The notes under the pieces are model-generated. The model was not told where the DNA came from. It did not search any database and saw only the letters and a list, made by a program, of their open reading frames with translations. Shown piece after piece: positions 37,805-48,343 of a stretch of DNA of 64,000 nucleotides. A program made the position numbers and the translations under genes. Position 1 is the stretch's first letter. Every line of letters starts with the position of its first letter. Origin of the DNA: Bacteroidota bacterium. GTDB lineage: Bacteria; Bacteroidota; Bacteroidia; UKL13-3. The stretch spans positions 15,652 to 79,651 of the forward strand of contig CANNQU010000004.1 in NCBI GenBank assembly GCA_947507965.1. Reading direction: 5' to 3'.

Positions 37805-38527
37805 TTGCACCTAATTATGGCGTTTATTAATTTTAGGTCTTTGGTATTGTTTGAAAACGAGAATTATATGGTGATAAACAAACCATCAAATCTTGCTACT
37901 TTAGATGACCGGGGTGAGTCGGAAAATGTTCTGCTTTTAGCAAGAAAATATTGTTTAGATGCACAGGTATGTCATCGGCTTGATAAAGAAACTAGTGGCG
38001 CTTTATTAATTTCCAAAAATGCAGAATCGTATCGTAATGCGGCTATGCAGTTTGAAGCAAGAAAAGTTCAAAAAATATACCACGCAATTGTCGCATCTCC
38101 ACGAAAATTTGACCAGTTGGTGGTTGACCTGCCCATTAAGCAAACAAGTACGGGTACTGTGAAAATTGATAAGCTGGACGGGAAAAAAGCGCTCTCTGTG
38201 TTTACTACACTTAAACTTTTTAAACACTATGCCTTGATTAAGTGTGAAATTTATACCGGTCGAATGCATCAGATCCGTATTCATCTTGCTTCACAAAATG
38301 CAAGTATCGCCTCAGATGTAATGTATAAAGGAAAAATACCAATGTTGTCAGAACTAAAAAGAAAATTTAAAAGTTCGGATGAAGTAGAAAAACCGATGAT
38401 CCAACGAGTTGCATTGCATGCCTATTCACTTAAGTTTCTTGATTTGGATGGAAAAGAAATTTCGATAGAAACACCTTACCCAAAAGACTTTGAAGTGTTT
38501 TTAAAGGTGTTAGAAAAATACGATTAA
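37805..38527 (+). CDS. RluA-family pseudouridine synthase (short form without S4 domain)
   Basis: NYMVINKPSNL (VVNKPsG-type). Catalytic motif HRLDKETSGALLISKN (HRLD..TSG). C-terminal YHAIV and ENxxxG-like strand. The track ORF uses a TTG start. A more likely start is the ATG at 37817 (MAFINF...). Confidence 0.8.
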   Translation: MHLIMAFINFRSLVLFENENYMVINKPSNLATLDDRGESENVLLLARKYCLDAQVCHRLDKETSGALLISKNAESYRNAAMQFEARKVQKIYHAIVASPRKFDQLVVDLPIKQTSTGTVKIDKLDGKKALSVFTTLKLFKHYALIKCEIYTGRMHQIRIHLASQNASIASDVMYKGKIPMLSELKRKFKSSDEVEKPMIQRVALHAYSLKFLDLDGKEISIETPYPKDFEVFLKVLEKYD

Positions 38528-38556
38528 TAAGAATTTTATTAAAGCTCCTCTTTGTC

Positions 38557-39696
38557 CTATTTTAGTATGCTTCTACCTATTACAATTCGTTGAACCTCGC
38601 TAGTGCCTTCATAAATCTGAGTTATCTTCGCATCTCTCATTAATCGTTCCACGTGATATTCTTTTACATATCCATACCCTCCATGTATTTGCACCGCTTC
38701 AGTAGTTGTTTTCATTGCTACTTCACTAGCAAAAACTTTAGCCATACTGCTTGCAATTGCATAATCTTCGTGTTGGTCTTTTAAATAGGCTGCCTTCATA
38801 ATTAGCAGCCTTGCAGCTTCAATTTCGGTTGCCATATCAGCAAGTTTAAATTGTATTGCCTGATGATTCATTATCTCAGTGCCAAAAGCTTTTCGTTCTT
38901 TTGCATATTTTAGTGATAACTCATACGCTCCACTAGCAATACCCAAAGCCTGTGCGGCGATGCCTATACGCCCACCGGCTAATACTTTCATCGCAAATTT
39001 AAAACCGAAGCCATCTTCTCCAATTCTGTTTTCCTTAGGTACCTTCACATCCTGAAACATGATACTATGCGTGTCGCTGCCCCGAATCCCCATTTTGTTT
39101 TCTTTATTACCAATGGTAATACCAGGAGATGCCTTTTCTACTATGAACGCGTTAATTCCTTTATGTCCTTTTTCAATATCTGTTTGTGCAATTACCAGAT
39201 AATAGGTTGCACTACTTCCATTCGTAATCCAATTTTTTGTGCCATTCATTAAATAGAATTCACCTTTGTCTTCTGCCGTAGTGCGTTGAGAGGTTGCATC
39301 ACTTCCCGCTTCAGGTTCGCTTAATAAAAACGCCCCATGCACTATGCCAGAAGCTAGTGGGATAAGGTACTTTTGTTTTTGTTCCTCACTGCCATATGTT
39401 TCCAAGCCCCAGCACACTAATGAATTATTCACAGAAACTACCACTGAGGCAGAAGCATCAATCTTACTAAGTTCCTCCATAGCTAAAACATAACTGACGG
39501 TATCCATTCCTGCACCACCATATTTCGGATCTACCATGATTCCAAGAAATCCGAGTTCACCTAATTGCCTAATTTGCTCTGTTGGGAACTTCTGAAGTTC
39601 ATCTCGTTCAATTACTCCAGGTAAAAGTTCTTTTTGTGCAAATTCGCGGGCTGCCTGTTGAATGGCTTGCTGTTCTTCTGTTAGTTGAAAATCCAT
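38557..39696 (-). CDS. Acyl-CoA dehydrogenase (short/branched-chain type)
   Basis: 379 aa. Typical ACAD three-domain layout. N-terminal MDFQLTEEQ..IQ..AREFA. FAD/substrate motifs GSDATSQRTTAEDKGEFY..LNGTKNWITNG. Catalytic base region YEGTSEVQRIVIGR. Confidence 0.9.
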   Translation of the reverse strand: MDFQLTEEQQAIQQAAREFAQKELLPGVIERDELQKFPTEQIRQLGELGFLGIMVDPKYGGAGMDTVSYVLAMEELSKIDASASVVVSVNNSLVCWGLETYGSEEQKQKYLIPLASGIVHGAFLLSEPEAGSDATSQRTTAEDKGEFYLMNGTKNWITNGSSATYYLVIAQTDIEKGHKGINAFIVEKASPGITIGNKENKMGIRGSDTHSIMFQDVKVPKENRIGEDGFGFKFAMKVLAGGRIGIAAQALGIASGAYELSLKYAKERKAFGTEIMNHQAIQFKLADMATEIEAARLLIMKAAYLKDQHEDYAIASSMAKVFASEVAMKTTTEAVQIHGGYGYVKEYHVERLMRDAKITQIYEGTSEVQRIVIGRSILK

Positions 39697-39768
39697 GGTA
39701 TGTTTGTTTAATTCTAGATTGCAAAAGTACTTTTATTGCCTTAGACAAGCAAACAGATATTCAATTTC

Positions 39769-40851
39769 TCAAAACTTCCGTTTTAGTTTTAAAAAGAAGC
39801 TTTCAAAACAATGAAACGATACTGAAGCCAAACCAATCGTAATGGTCACATCCAAAAGAAGCAAAGCATAAACATTTATTTCCGGCAGTGTTTGGTAGAA
39901 AAACACGATGGGAAATAAATGATACATATAAATTCCATAAGAAATCTTTCCTAGATACTCTAAAACTGGGTGCGAAAGACGGATTAAAGATTTTTTATTG
40001 AGGGCAAGATTGAGTATAATTACGACCAAAAATAAAGAGAACAACTCATTATTAAACGTCTCAATATAAACGATTTTTAGAATACTCAATATCGCTAATA
40101 GATAAAAAGCAAGCTGAATAGGTAGATTTAGAACCCATTTATGAACTTGGCTTGGGTATTTTAAGTAAAGTATGGCTGCTATTGAACCTAAAGCAAGGCA
40201 GGTTAACCGCAAATCAGCTAAAAAAAGAATCAGTACTCCCAACATCTTATGGTGTGAATCGTTGTGTATAAAACCGTTCCCTAAAAACAAGAAGACTGCA
40301 GCAAAAATTATAAAAGTAGTTAATATGTATTTCGTAAATTTTAAAATCAACGGAGTAATCAAATAAAAAATTTCTTCCACGCCAATAGACCAAGTCATTG
40401 TTGCAAATGGAATATGACCAAATAATTGCATTGCAAAGGCAGGGAGTATTAAAGCGAATACTAGCAAACTATCCCAGAAATGATCTTTATTTATTTCAAT
40501 GCCAGGCATTTTGAGTAGGTCAAAATACGGAACCACAAAGAAGCACAAGCCGATAATTAAAAAATAAAGTGGCCAGATGCGTAAAATTCTCCTGACATAA
40601 AAATTTTTTAGCGAGATGTTTAATGTTTCTCTTTTCTCCTGAAGTAGCAAGGTAGTAATCAGAAATCCACTCAACACAAAAAAAATTACGACTCCAGCAT
40701 TACCAAGGCCACTTATGATAGGACTTTCCAACGTATTACTCAAACCTAGGCTAAACCGAATCTGATGAAAATGACTCACAATAACCATAAAGGCAGCAAC
40801 AAACCTTAGTCCGTTTAAGTTGGGAAAATGAAGTTTATTAGAAGTCATCAA
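39769..40851 (-). CDS. Acyltransferase family 3 (integral membrane O-acyltransferase), second copy
   Basis: Motif LNGLRFVAAFMVIVSHF near the N-terminus. About 10 TM helices. It is only distantly related in sequence to 31911..33038. Confidence 0.75.
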   Translation of the reverse strand: MMTSNKLHFPNLNGLRFVAAFMVIVSHFHQIRFSLGLSNTLESPIISGLGNAGVVIFFVLSGFLITTLLLQEKRETLNISLKNFYVRRILRIWPLYFLIIGLCFFVVPYFDLLKMPGIEINKDHFWDSLLVFALILPAFAMQLFGHIPFATMTWSIGVEEIFYLITPLILKFTKYILTTFIIFAAVFLFLGNGFIHNDSHHKMLGVLILFLADLRLTCLALGSIAAILYLKYPSQVHKWVLNLPIQLAFYLLAILSILKIVYIETFNNELFSLFLVVIILNLALNKKSLIRLSHPVLEYLGKISYGIYMYHLFPIVFFYQTLPEINVYALLLLDVTITIGLASVSFHCFESFFLKLKRKF

Positions 40852-40859
40852 AAAGAATG

Positions 40860-43082
40860 CTAGTTGGCCATTACTTTTTCAATAGATGTCTGATGAACCT
40901 CTTTTAACGTGCTAATGGAGCCAAAGTTATCCCCATTTATCAAAGCATTTTTGCCTTGCACTTTTCCAAGAATGGTGTGTGGAGTATTTTGTAATTGTTC
41001 TATTACCGCCTCCACATTATTGGGTTTGATACTTAAAACAATACGACTCTGGCTTTCACCAAATAAGGAGGCATCCACGCGAAACTCATCATGAAGGGTA
41101 ACTTCAAAGCCGAAATCATTTACAAATGCACTTTCGCAGAGTGTCACAAATAAACCACCTTCACTAACATCATGTGCACTTGAAATCAAATTACTTTTTA
41201 TACAACTTAAAACGACTCTTTGAATTTCAAATTCTTCGTCTAAATTAAAATAAGGAGCCGGTGAAAATTTAACCTTATGAAAATACGTTAAATAATGAGA
41301 GGATGCTATGTCGTCTTGAGTCTTTCCGACGAGAACAATAATATCTCCTTCTTGCTGAAACCCCAGTGGGTTATGACTTCTTCCATCCTCAATAATACCT
41401 ACCATACCAATAGTTGGGGTTGGAAAAACCGCATCATTATCGCTACTTTGATTATAAAAACTAACATTCCCCCCCGTTACTGGGGTGTTTAATTTTAGGC
41501 AGGCTTTGCTTATTCCTTTAATTGCGTGTACAAACTGGTAATATACCTCTGGATTATAAGGATTACCGAAGTTTAAGCAATTCGTTATCGCGGCTGGTTC
41601 ACCTCCAGAGCAGACAATATTTCTTGCACACTCAGCTACAGCAATCATCCCCCCGACTTCAGGGTCCGCAAACACAAATCGGCTGTTACAATCCACACTC
41701 ATGGCCAAAGATTTGTTTGTGTTGCGTACTTTTACTACGGCTGCATCAGCTGGTTGGTTCGTTGTTTGAGTAATACTCCCCACCATGCTGTCATATTGAT
41801 TATAGATCCAGCGTTTGCTAGCAATATTAGGATGTTGAAGCAAAAACACTCCCACTGCCTTAAGATCAGATGGAACAAGAATCTTGGAAGCATCAAACAT
41901 TCTAATTTGGTCAAAATACTTTGGTGCTGTGTATTCACGATGATAAATTGGCGCTCCACCGCCGAGCACTAAACTATGCGCGGGTACATCAGCAACGAGC
42001 TCCTCTTTAAAGTAATAAATTAAACGGTTTCCGGCTGTTACTTCACCAATTTCCGCATACGAAATATCCCATTTCAGTAAAATATTTTCTACTTCCGCCT
42101 CCCTTCCTTTTTTTATCACCATGAGCATGCGTTCTTGGCTTTCACTTAATAAAATTTCGAACGGCACCATTCCTTTCTGACGCATAGGAACTTTATCAAG
42201 ATGAATAATCATTCCATGCTTCCCTTTTGCACTCATCTCACTGGTACTACATGTAATGCCAGCGGCACCCATGTCTTGTATGCCGATGGTAGCCCCTGTT
42301 TCAATTATCTCAAGAGTTGCCTCTAATAATAACTTCTCTGCAAATGGGTCGCCTACTTGCACACTTGGTAAATCCTTTGCACTATCTTCGGTAATATCTT
42401 TAGATGCAAAGGAAGCACCATGAATTCCATCCTTTCCTGTTGCAGAACCTATGATGTAAACAGGATTACCAACGCCATACGATGTGGCACTAGCCGTCTT
42501 TCCTACTTGTGCTATCCCTACACTCATTGCATTTACTAAAGGATTTACGTGGTAACACTCATCAAAATAAACTTCACCGCCAACCGTAGGAATACCAAAT
42601 GCATTACCATAGTCGCCAATTCCTTTAACAACACCCTTAACGAGCCACCTTGTTTTCTCTTCCGTTAGATTTCCAAATCGCAATGAATTTAGTTGAGCAA
42701 TTGGCCTGGCACCCATTGTAAAAATATCTCGATTAATACCGCCAACGCCTGTGGCTGCCCCTTGATAGGGTTCGATGGCACTTGGGTGATTATGAGATTC
42801 TATTTTAAAACAAACGGCCAACCCATCACCGATATCTATAAGTCCCGCATTTTCCTCGCCTGCTTCAGCAAGCATTTTTTCTCCTTTTTTCGGAAGTGTT
42901 TTAAGCCAGACAATGCTGTTTTTGTAACTACAATGCTCGCTCCACATCACACTATAAATACTAAGTTCAGTAAAATTGGGGGTACGCCCGAGGATTTCCT
43001 TTATTTCGTCGAATTCATCAGCCCGTAAGCCCAATTGCTGAGCTTGTTCTAAAGTTGCTATTTGTATAGAAGTTGAAGACAT
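40860..43082 (-). CDS. purL: Phosphoribosylformylglycinamidine synthase subunit PurL (FGAM synthase II)
   Basis: 740 aa. Duplicated PurM-like AIR-synthase-related domains. Conserved EHCSYK near the N-terminus and ESHNHPSAIEPYQGAATG. Confidence 0.95.
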   Translation of the reverse strand: MSSTSIQIATLEQAQQLGLRADEFDEIKEILGRTPNFTELSIYSVMWSEHCSYKNSIVWLKTLPKKGEKMLAEAGEENAGLIDIGDGLAVCFKIESHNHPSAIEPYQGAATGVGGINRDIFTMGARPIAQLNSLRFGNLTEEKTRWLVKGVVKGIGDYGNAFGIPTVGGEVYFDECYHVNPLVNAMSVGIAQVGKTASATSYGVGNPVYIIGSATGKDGIHGASFASKDITEDSAKDLPSVQVGDPFAEKLLLEATLEIIETGATIGIQDMGAAGITCSTSEMSAKGKHGMIIHLDKVPMRQKGMVPFEILLSESQERMLMVIKKGREAEVENILLKWDISYAEIGEVTAGNRLIYYFKEELVADVPAHSLVLGGGAPIYHREYTAPKYFDQIRMFDASKILVPSDLKAVGVFLLQHPNIASKRWIYNQYDSMVGSITQTTNQPADAAVVKVRNTNKSLAMSVDCNSRFVFADPEVGGMIAVAECARNIVCSGGEPAAITNCLNFGNPYNPEVYYQFVHAIKGISKACLKLNTPVTGGNVSFYNQSSDNDAVFPTPTIGMVGIIEDGRSHNPLGFQQEGDIIVLVGKTQDDIASSHYLTYFHKVKFSPAPYFNLDEEFEIQRVVLSCIKSNLISSAHDVSEGGLFVTLCESAFVNDFGFEVTLHDEFRVDASLFGESQSRIVLSIKPNNVEAVIEQLQNTPHTILGKVQGKNALINGDNFGSISTLKEVHQTSIEKVMAN

Positions 43083-43403
43083 GGCGCAAAGTTAACATTT
43101 TTGAAAACAATGATAATCATCTGTTTGAGAAAGGAAGAAACGAATTATGAAACTGATCGAAGTATTTATGCACCTAACCCCTAACTTTTAAATCTATCAA
43201 ATAATCCAAGATTAAAGCTATTGCATCATTTCCGAAATAGGGGTGGCTCAGTTGAAACCTAAAAAGTGGTTCAGTTGATTCCGAAATATCTAGTATAGGT
43301 TAAGGAAAATAAAATTTTTGGGAAACACCAGTAATATTTACATTGATGGGCGAGCTAAATAAAATTAACTACTTTTGTTGATTAATAGCGTAAAACACCC
43401 AAA

Positions 43404-44123
43404 ATGATAATACCAAAGTACAGTAAAATACCCGCAAAAATTAAGGGTCTGTTGTTCTATTTCAGAATTCACTTGTTTTTACATTTCTTCTCAAAAACAT
43501 TTTACTTTCTAGCTAATATATCTCTCTTATCAAAATGGATTTCAGATAATAGAAATAAAGGGTTTAGTACGTATTATAGATTCAACTTTAATTATAATGC
43601 CCGGCTGCAATTATATGATAATATTATTAAATCGGAAAAGCTTTCCAATATTAACTATTTAGAATTTGGGGTGTTTGACGGCGGTTCATTCCTTTGGTGG
43701 GCTGATGCTATTAAAAATAGCAGTTCTAACTTCTATGGTTTCGATACTTTTGAAGGATTGCCGGAAAATTGGGGAGCATTTAAGGCAGGTGAAATGGAAA
43801 GCGGAATTCCAAAGACAGATGACACACGCTGCATTTTTGTTAAAGGGCTATTTCAGCATACTCTACCCTATTTCCTAAAATCATTTGACAATTCAAAGCA
43901 AATGGTTATTCACATGGACGCAGACTTATTTTCCTCTACACTATTTGTTTTAACCTCAATTGCACCATTTCTAAAAAAGGACGATATTATAATGTTTGAT
44001 GAATTTAATGTACCCAACCATGAATTTTTTGCGTTTGATATTTTTATTAAATCTTATTATATAAAATATGAAGTACTTGGTGGCGTTAACAATTACTATC
44101 AAATGGCCATAAAAATTATTTAG
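43404..44123 (+). CDS. TylF/MycF-family (macrocin-O-methyltransferase-like) class I SAM-dependent O-methyltransferase
   Basis: Motif I EFGVFDGGS (E.GV.rGGS). FDTFEGLPE (DSFEGlP). MVIHMDADLFSSTL...DDIIMFDEF (lhlDaDlYeST...vivDDY). Very AT-rich gene. Confidence 0.65.
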   Translation: MIIPKYSKIPAKIKGLLFYFRIHLFLHFFSKTFYFLANISLLSKWISDNRNKGFSTYYRFNFNYNARLQLYDNIIKSEKLSNINYLEFGVFDGGSFLWWADAIKNSSSNFYGFDTFEGLPENWGAFKAGEMESGIPKTDDTRCIFVKGLFQHTLPYFLKSFDNSKQMVIHMDADLFSSTLFVLTSIAPFLKKDDIIMFDEFNVPNHEFFAFDIFIKSYYIKYEVLGGVNNYYQMAIKII

Positions 44124-44292
44124 ATACTTTATCTACTACAAAAGAGTTTTAAGCTTTATCATCTTCTGGTTGTGTTTTTCTTATTTCAAAAAGTTACATC
44201 GATTTCTTAAATTTGCAATATGAACTTTTCTTATTTCTTATCTTTCGATACACAAATATTATATTTTTGGGGAGTCTTAATAGATTAATTGA

Positions 44293-47271
44293 ATGACGAA
44301 GCAAACCACGTTATTTCTACTTCTTTTTTTGCCTTTAAGTTTAATATATGGACAAAACCAATTTACACTAAAGCCTCTACCATCACAACCCCAAATTAAT
44401 GATGATTATGTGAGAAAAATATTTTCTGACACTTCAGGAATTATATGGATGCGAACATTTAGTAGGATTCTAAGATTTAATGGTAGTGTGGTAGAGAATT
44501 TCGATAATATAATTCCAAAAGATTTCGGATTAAGGGATGCGTATATGCTACCAGGAAGAATTTTATTAAATTATAATGATACAGAATTAAGAATATTTGA
44601 CATTCAAAAATTAACATTAACAAACATTATTACCCCAGAAGAGCTAGGCCCAATTAGCAATATTTATTACCTTGACGAAAATCATATCTATATTTCAAAT
44701 AAGACTCAACGAAAAGTGCAGGTTTGTAAACTTCTTGGAAGTGTTTTGGTTTCTTATGTTCAACATTCCAACATCGAAGTGGACAATTTAGTGCCAATTA
44801 ATGATTCGCTTTTTCTTTTTTGCTTTAAGATGAATTGCTTTTTATTTAATTCTTCCACAAAAGCTATCAGTTTATTTCAGGAAGGATTAGTGGTTGAGGA
44901 TTATATTATTAGAGATTCCATAATTTCAATTCTTTCTTCAAGGAACTTTCGAAATTATGACTTTAAGAACAATAAATTTATTAGCGATTTGTCTATACCC
45001 AATAATGAAGACGGTCATTATGTTTCCTTTTCTGACAGTAAATTATGGTTGTTTACAAATGCCGGTATTTATGTGTATGATCGTTCCAATAATTTGTTTA
45101 ATTTTTGTGATTTTATATTAGGGGATGCAAATTATCCATTTAAAAAACAATCGTATGATATTTATTTTATTAGAGATGGAAATTATTATCTTCTCACGAA
45201 TTATTCAGGGTTATATAAAGTAATTAAGAATTCATCACCTGCATTTCATTATTACAATTTGAAAAGCAACTTTAAGGACAATAATGAAGTCTCTTTAAGA
45301 TGTATTTATTATAATCGATCAGCATCAACAATATATACAAGTGTTGACTCTAGAGGTTTATTTACGTTTAAACTTAGAGGCGATTTTATTTCTCTCCTTT
45401 CCTCAATACCTACCGACAAGATTTCGCAGAGCCAAACTTCAGATTTAAATAAAATCTTTATGGATGATTTTAATCGAATTTGGTTTTGTGGTAATTATGG
45501 ATTAAAAATAGATAAATTGAGTATTGGGAATGAGTCAAAATTAATGAGGATTTGGGATGTCTCTTGTCAAAAAAAACAGTACTGGACAATTACAAACAGG
45601 GTTTTTTCTTCTTTTCTAATACTACTTGATGAAAAAGGAGTGCAATTAAAGACATTTGAATTTTTTAATGGAAGCAATTCACCAAATCAACTTTGGGATA
45701 TAGAACCATACGGCCATTATTTGTTTATTTCCTCGGTAAAGGGTTTAATTACGTTTGATATTGATTTAGGACAATTTGTTAGTACCAACTTAATTCTAAA
45801 AACGAATATAAATTTAAAAGGGAGGGCTTGGTCTTGTAAGGTAATGTCTAATAATATTTATATTGCATTTCAAGATATTGGAATAATTAAAATAAACTTG
45901 AAAACCGGAGAATCGTCCAACCCTCTACCGGGAATTGAGAAGGCCTTTCAAATTGAAGCGGTCGATGGAAATAGTATTTGGATAAATGCCCTCGATAAAC
46001 TAATATATTTAAATGAAAATGGCACACACTTTATATTAAATACAAATAATTTCGGACTTCCTTCAGCGGTTTCTTTTCATGGTATATTTTCTGATAGTAC
46101 TGGAAATTTATGGGTTTGCGGAAAGGATGGTTTTGCAAAAGTAGATATTATTGAATTATTTAAGCACATTAATTCGACAATATCTAGGACATCCATCTGC
46201 GGTTTTTCCGTAAACAACAAAATGACGTATGGTTATCTTTCCAATAAATCCAGTATTATTCTTCCTTATGATAGCAATATAATAAGCATTGATCTTGCCA
46301 ATAACTTGCTTGATAAGGCAAGTGATTTGAAAATGAGATACAAATTAAACGGGTTTGACATCGCCTTTACTGAAGTGGAAAATACGAATAATATAACCTA
46401 TAGGAATTTACCATATGGGAATTATTCGCTCGATATTTTTATGTGTAATAGTTTTGGAATATGGGATGAGACATCAACGCAGTTGTTTATAAAAATTCGC
46501 CCACCTTGGTATTATAGTCCGGTTGCAAAAATAACATATATGTTGATTTTTGCAGGTATTCTGGTAGGGTTTTACTTTTTATTTATGCGCCGTACTGAAA
46601 TTCAAAAAAAGCACGAACGCTTACTAATAGAAAGCGAATTAAAAGGAATTCGTGCCCAGTTAAATCCGCATTTTTTATTCAACTCTTTAAATTCAATTCA
46701 AAGCCATATTCTTAACCGTAGCGCTGAGGTTGCAACAACTTATTTGAACCAATTTGCAAAGTTGTTGCGTCGAGTACTCGACTACTCTACAGCTGAAAGT
46801 ATCCCATTTTGCAAGGAAATTGATTGGATTAAAGACTACTTTGAACTTGAATCGGTACGTTTTAAGGATAAATTTCAATGGAATGTCGTTTGGAGTGATG
46901 AGATTGATGTAAATCTGCACATTCCCGCATTAGTAATACAACCCATTATTGAGAACGCTATTATTCATGGGTTGTCTCCGCTAAAAAAACAAGGATGTAT
47001 CGATGTCTCTTATATACTAAATGAAGATAAAAAAAGCATCACCTGCCGGGTGGAAGACAATGGCGTTGGTAGAACTACATTTCGTAATCCGTTGACATCT
47101 CATAGTTCAAAGGGAACGCTTATGACGCAACTAAGATTGTATTATTTGAGTAAAAAATACCATACGGAGTGCACTCTGGAGATTACCGATCTAAAAAATT
47201 TAAGTGGCGAGCCAACAGGCACTTTAGTTGTTGTTATACTTCCTCTAATTAATTCATCTTCTGCTATTTAA
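44293..47271 (+). CDS. Sensor histidine kinase with large extracytoplasmic two-component-regulator propeller / Y_Y_Y-type domain, single TM, LytS/YehU-type His_kinase + HATPase
   Basis: Signal peptide, then an approximately 720-aa beta-rich ectodomain with propeller-like repeats (GIYVYD, NLW..DIEPYGHYLF, GNLWVCGKDG). TM is ITYMLIFAGILVGFYFLFM. H-box is LNPHFLFNSLNSIQSHI (PF06580). ATP-binding region is DNGVGR. Confidence 0.85.
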   Translation: MTKQTTLFLLLFLPLSLIYGQNQFTLKPLPSQPQINDDYVRKIFSDTSGIIWMRTFSRILRFNGSVVENFDNIIPKDFGLRDAYMLPGRILLNYNDTELRIFDIQKLTLTNIITPEELGPISNIYYLDENHIYISNKTQRKVQVCKLLGSVLVSYVQHSNIEVDNLVPINDSLFLFCFKMNCFLFNSSTKAISLFQEGLVVEDYIIRDSIISILSSRNFRNYDFKNNKFISDLSIPNNEDGHYVSFSDSKLWLFTNAGIYVYDRSNNLFNFCDFILGDANYPFKKQSYDIYFIRDGNYYLLTNYSGLYKVIKNSSPAFHYYNLKSNFKDNNEVSLRCIYYNRSASTIYTSVDSRGLFTFKLRGDFISLLSSIPTDKISQSQTSDLNKIFMDDFNRIWFCGNYGLKIDKLSIGNESKLMRIWDVSCQKKQYWTITNRVFSSFLILLDEKGVQLKTFEFFNGSNSPNQLWDIEPYGHYLFISSVKGLITFDIDLGQFVSTNLILKTNINLKGRAWSCKVMSNNIYIAFQDIGIIKINLKTGESSNPLPGIEKAFQIEAVDGNSIWINALDKLIYLNENGTHFILNTNNFGLPSAVSFHGIFSDSTGNLWVCGKDGFAKVDIIELFKHINSTISRTSICGFSVNNKMTYGYLSNKSSIILPYDSNIISIDLANNLLDKASDLKMRYKLNGFDIAFTEVENTNNITYRNLPYGNYSLDIFMCNSFGIWDETSTQLFIKIRPPWYYSPVAKITYMLIFAGILVGFYFLFMRRTEIQKKHERLLIESELKGIRAQLNPHFLFNSLNSIQSHILNRSAEVATTYLNQFAKLLRRVLDYSTAESIPFCKEIDWIKDYFELESVRFKDKFQWNVVWSDEIDVNLHIPALVIQPIIENAIIHGLSPLKKQGCIDVSYILNEDKKSITCRVEDNGVGRTTFRNPLTSHSSKGTLMTQLRLYYLSKKYHTECTLEITDLKNLSGEPTGTLVVVILPLINSSSAI

Positions 47272-47354
47272 AAATAAGTTGTATTATTACAAACTTTTAA
47301 GCGGAAACTATAAAAAAAGTATGAAGTATTAACTCCCTGCACAATAAATGTATT

Positions 47355-48089
47355 ATGTCAAATAAAAAGCTAAAAGCCATTATTATTGATGATGAGATTT
47401 TAAACGTTGAAGCGCTAGATAAAATTTTATCGATAAACTGCAAAGATGTATTAGTGGTTGCCCGTTGTGTTAATCCTGTGGAAGCTGTTGATATCGTGTT
47501 GCAGTTGGAGCCAGATATTGTCTTTCTGGATATCAATATGCCCGAATTAAATGGTTTTGATTTTTTAAACCAATTTAAAGAAATTTCGTTTAAAACGGTA
47601 TTTACTACCGCATATGGGGAATATGCTTTGAAAGCTATTAAATATGCTGCTTTCGATTTTATTCTAAAGCCAATTAATTCTGAGGAGGTCGTTGACGCTG
47701 TAAATAAGGTGAGGGCCTCCTCATTGATCCAAAAAGCAACCTCAATAGTTCAAAACAACCAAAACACCACCAACTTGGCACTGCCTACCTCTGAAGGTTT
47801 CTCCTTCATTGACATCAATGAAATTATTTACTGTAAAAGCGATAATAGTTACACTGATTTTGTGTTGAAAGATGGTAAAAGAATTGTGGTCAGTCGTGGA
47901 TTAAAGGATACAGAAGGAATCTTGGAAAAACACAGTTTTTTCAGAATCCATCAATCCTATCTAGTGAATTCAAAATGTATTAAAAAATTCAACAAACACA
48001 ATAGCTCACTTTTGGTGAGTAATGGAGAAGAAATACCTGTTTCTGTGAGAAGGAAAGATGATTTCCTACAATTCGTGGCAAAATTATAG
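47355..48089 (+). CDS. LytTR-family two-component response regulator
   Basis: Receiver domain (AIIIDDE...FLDINMPELNGFDFL, K at FILKP). LytTR domain (FFRIHQSYLVNSKCI). Confidence 0.9.
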   Translation: MSNKKLKAIIIDDEILNVEALDKILSINCKDVLVVARCVNPVEAVDIVLQLEPDIVFLDINMPELNGFDFLNQFKEISFKTVFTTAYGEYALKAIKYAAFDFILKPINSEEVVDAVNKVRASSLIQKATSIVQNNQNTTNLALPTSEGFSFIDINEIIYCKSDNSYTDFVLKDGKRIVVSRGLKDTEGILEKHSFFRIHQSYLVNSKCIKKFNKHNSSLLVSNGEEIPVSVRRKDDFLQFVAKL

Positions 48090-48248
48090 TATTGAAGAAA
48101 GCAAATTCAAGCCCGGGATCATCGAATTTACCACCGAATACCACGAATACAAATTGCCTGCCCTATCGTATTGTTGGAACACCTTATTTTGTAGGTAATA
48201 AATCACTGCACTTTAGTGAATAAATACTTATTGAAATCAAACCATTAA

Positions 48249-48276
48249 CCCCGGTAATGACTTACCGGGGTTTTTA
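48249..48276 (+). terminator. Rho-independent terminator downstream of the LytTR regulator gene
   Basis: Perfect 9-bp GC-rich stem ccccggtaa / ttaccgggg with loop tgac, followed by ttttta. Confidence 0.75.
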
Positions 48277-48343
48277 TTCGCCCGCTTTTTAGGATAGGTT
48301 CAGTACTTGAGTATTCGAGAGATGAACTACGGTGTATAATTTT

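Noticed and set aside
37805-37816. TTG start codon assigned to the RluA-family ORF by the ORF track
   Set aside because: A downstream ATG (37817) yields an N-terminus aligning with RluA family starts. The TTG extension adds only 4 residues with no support.
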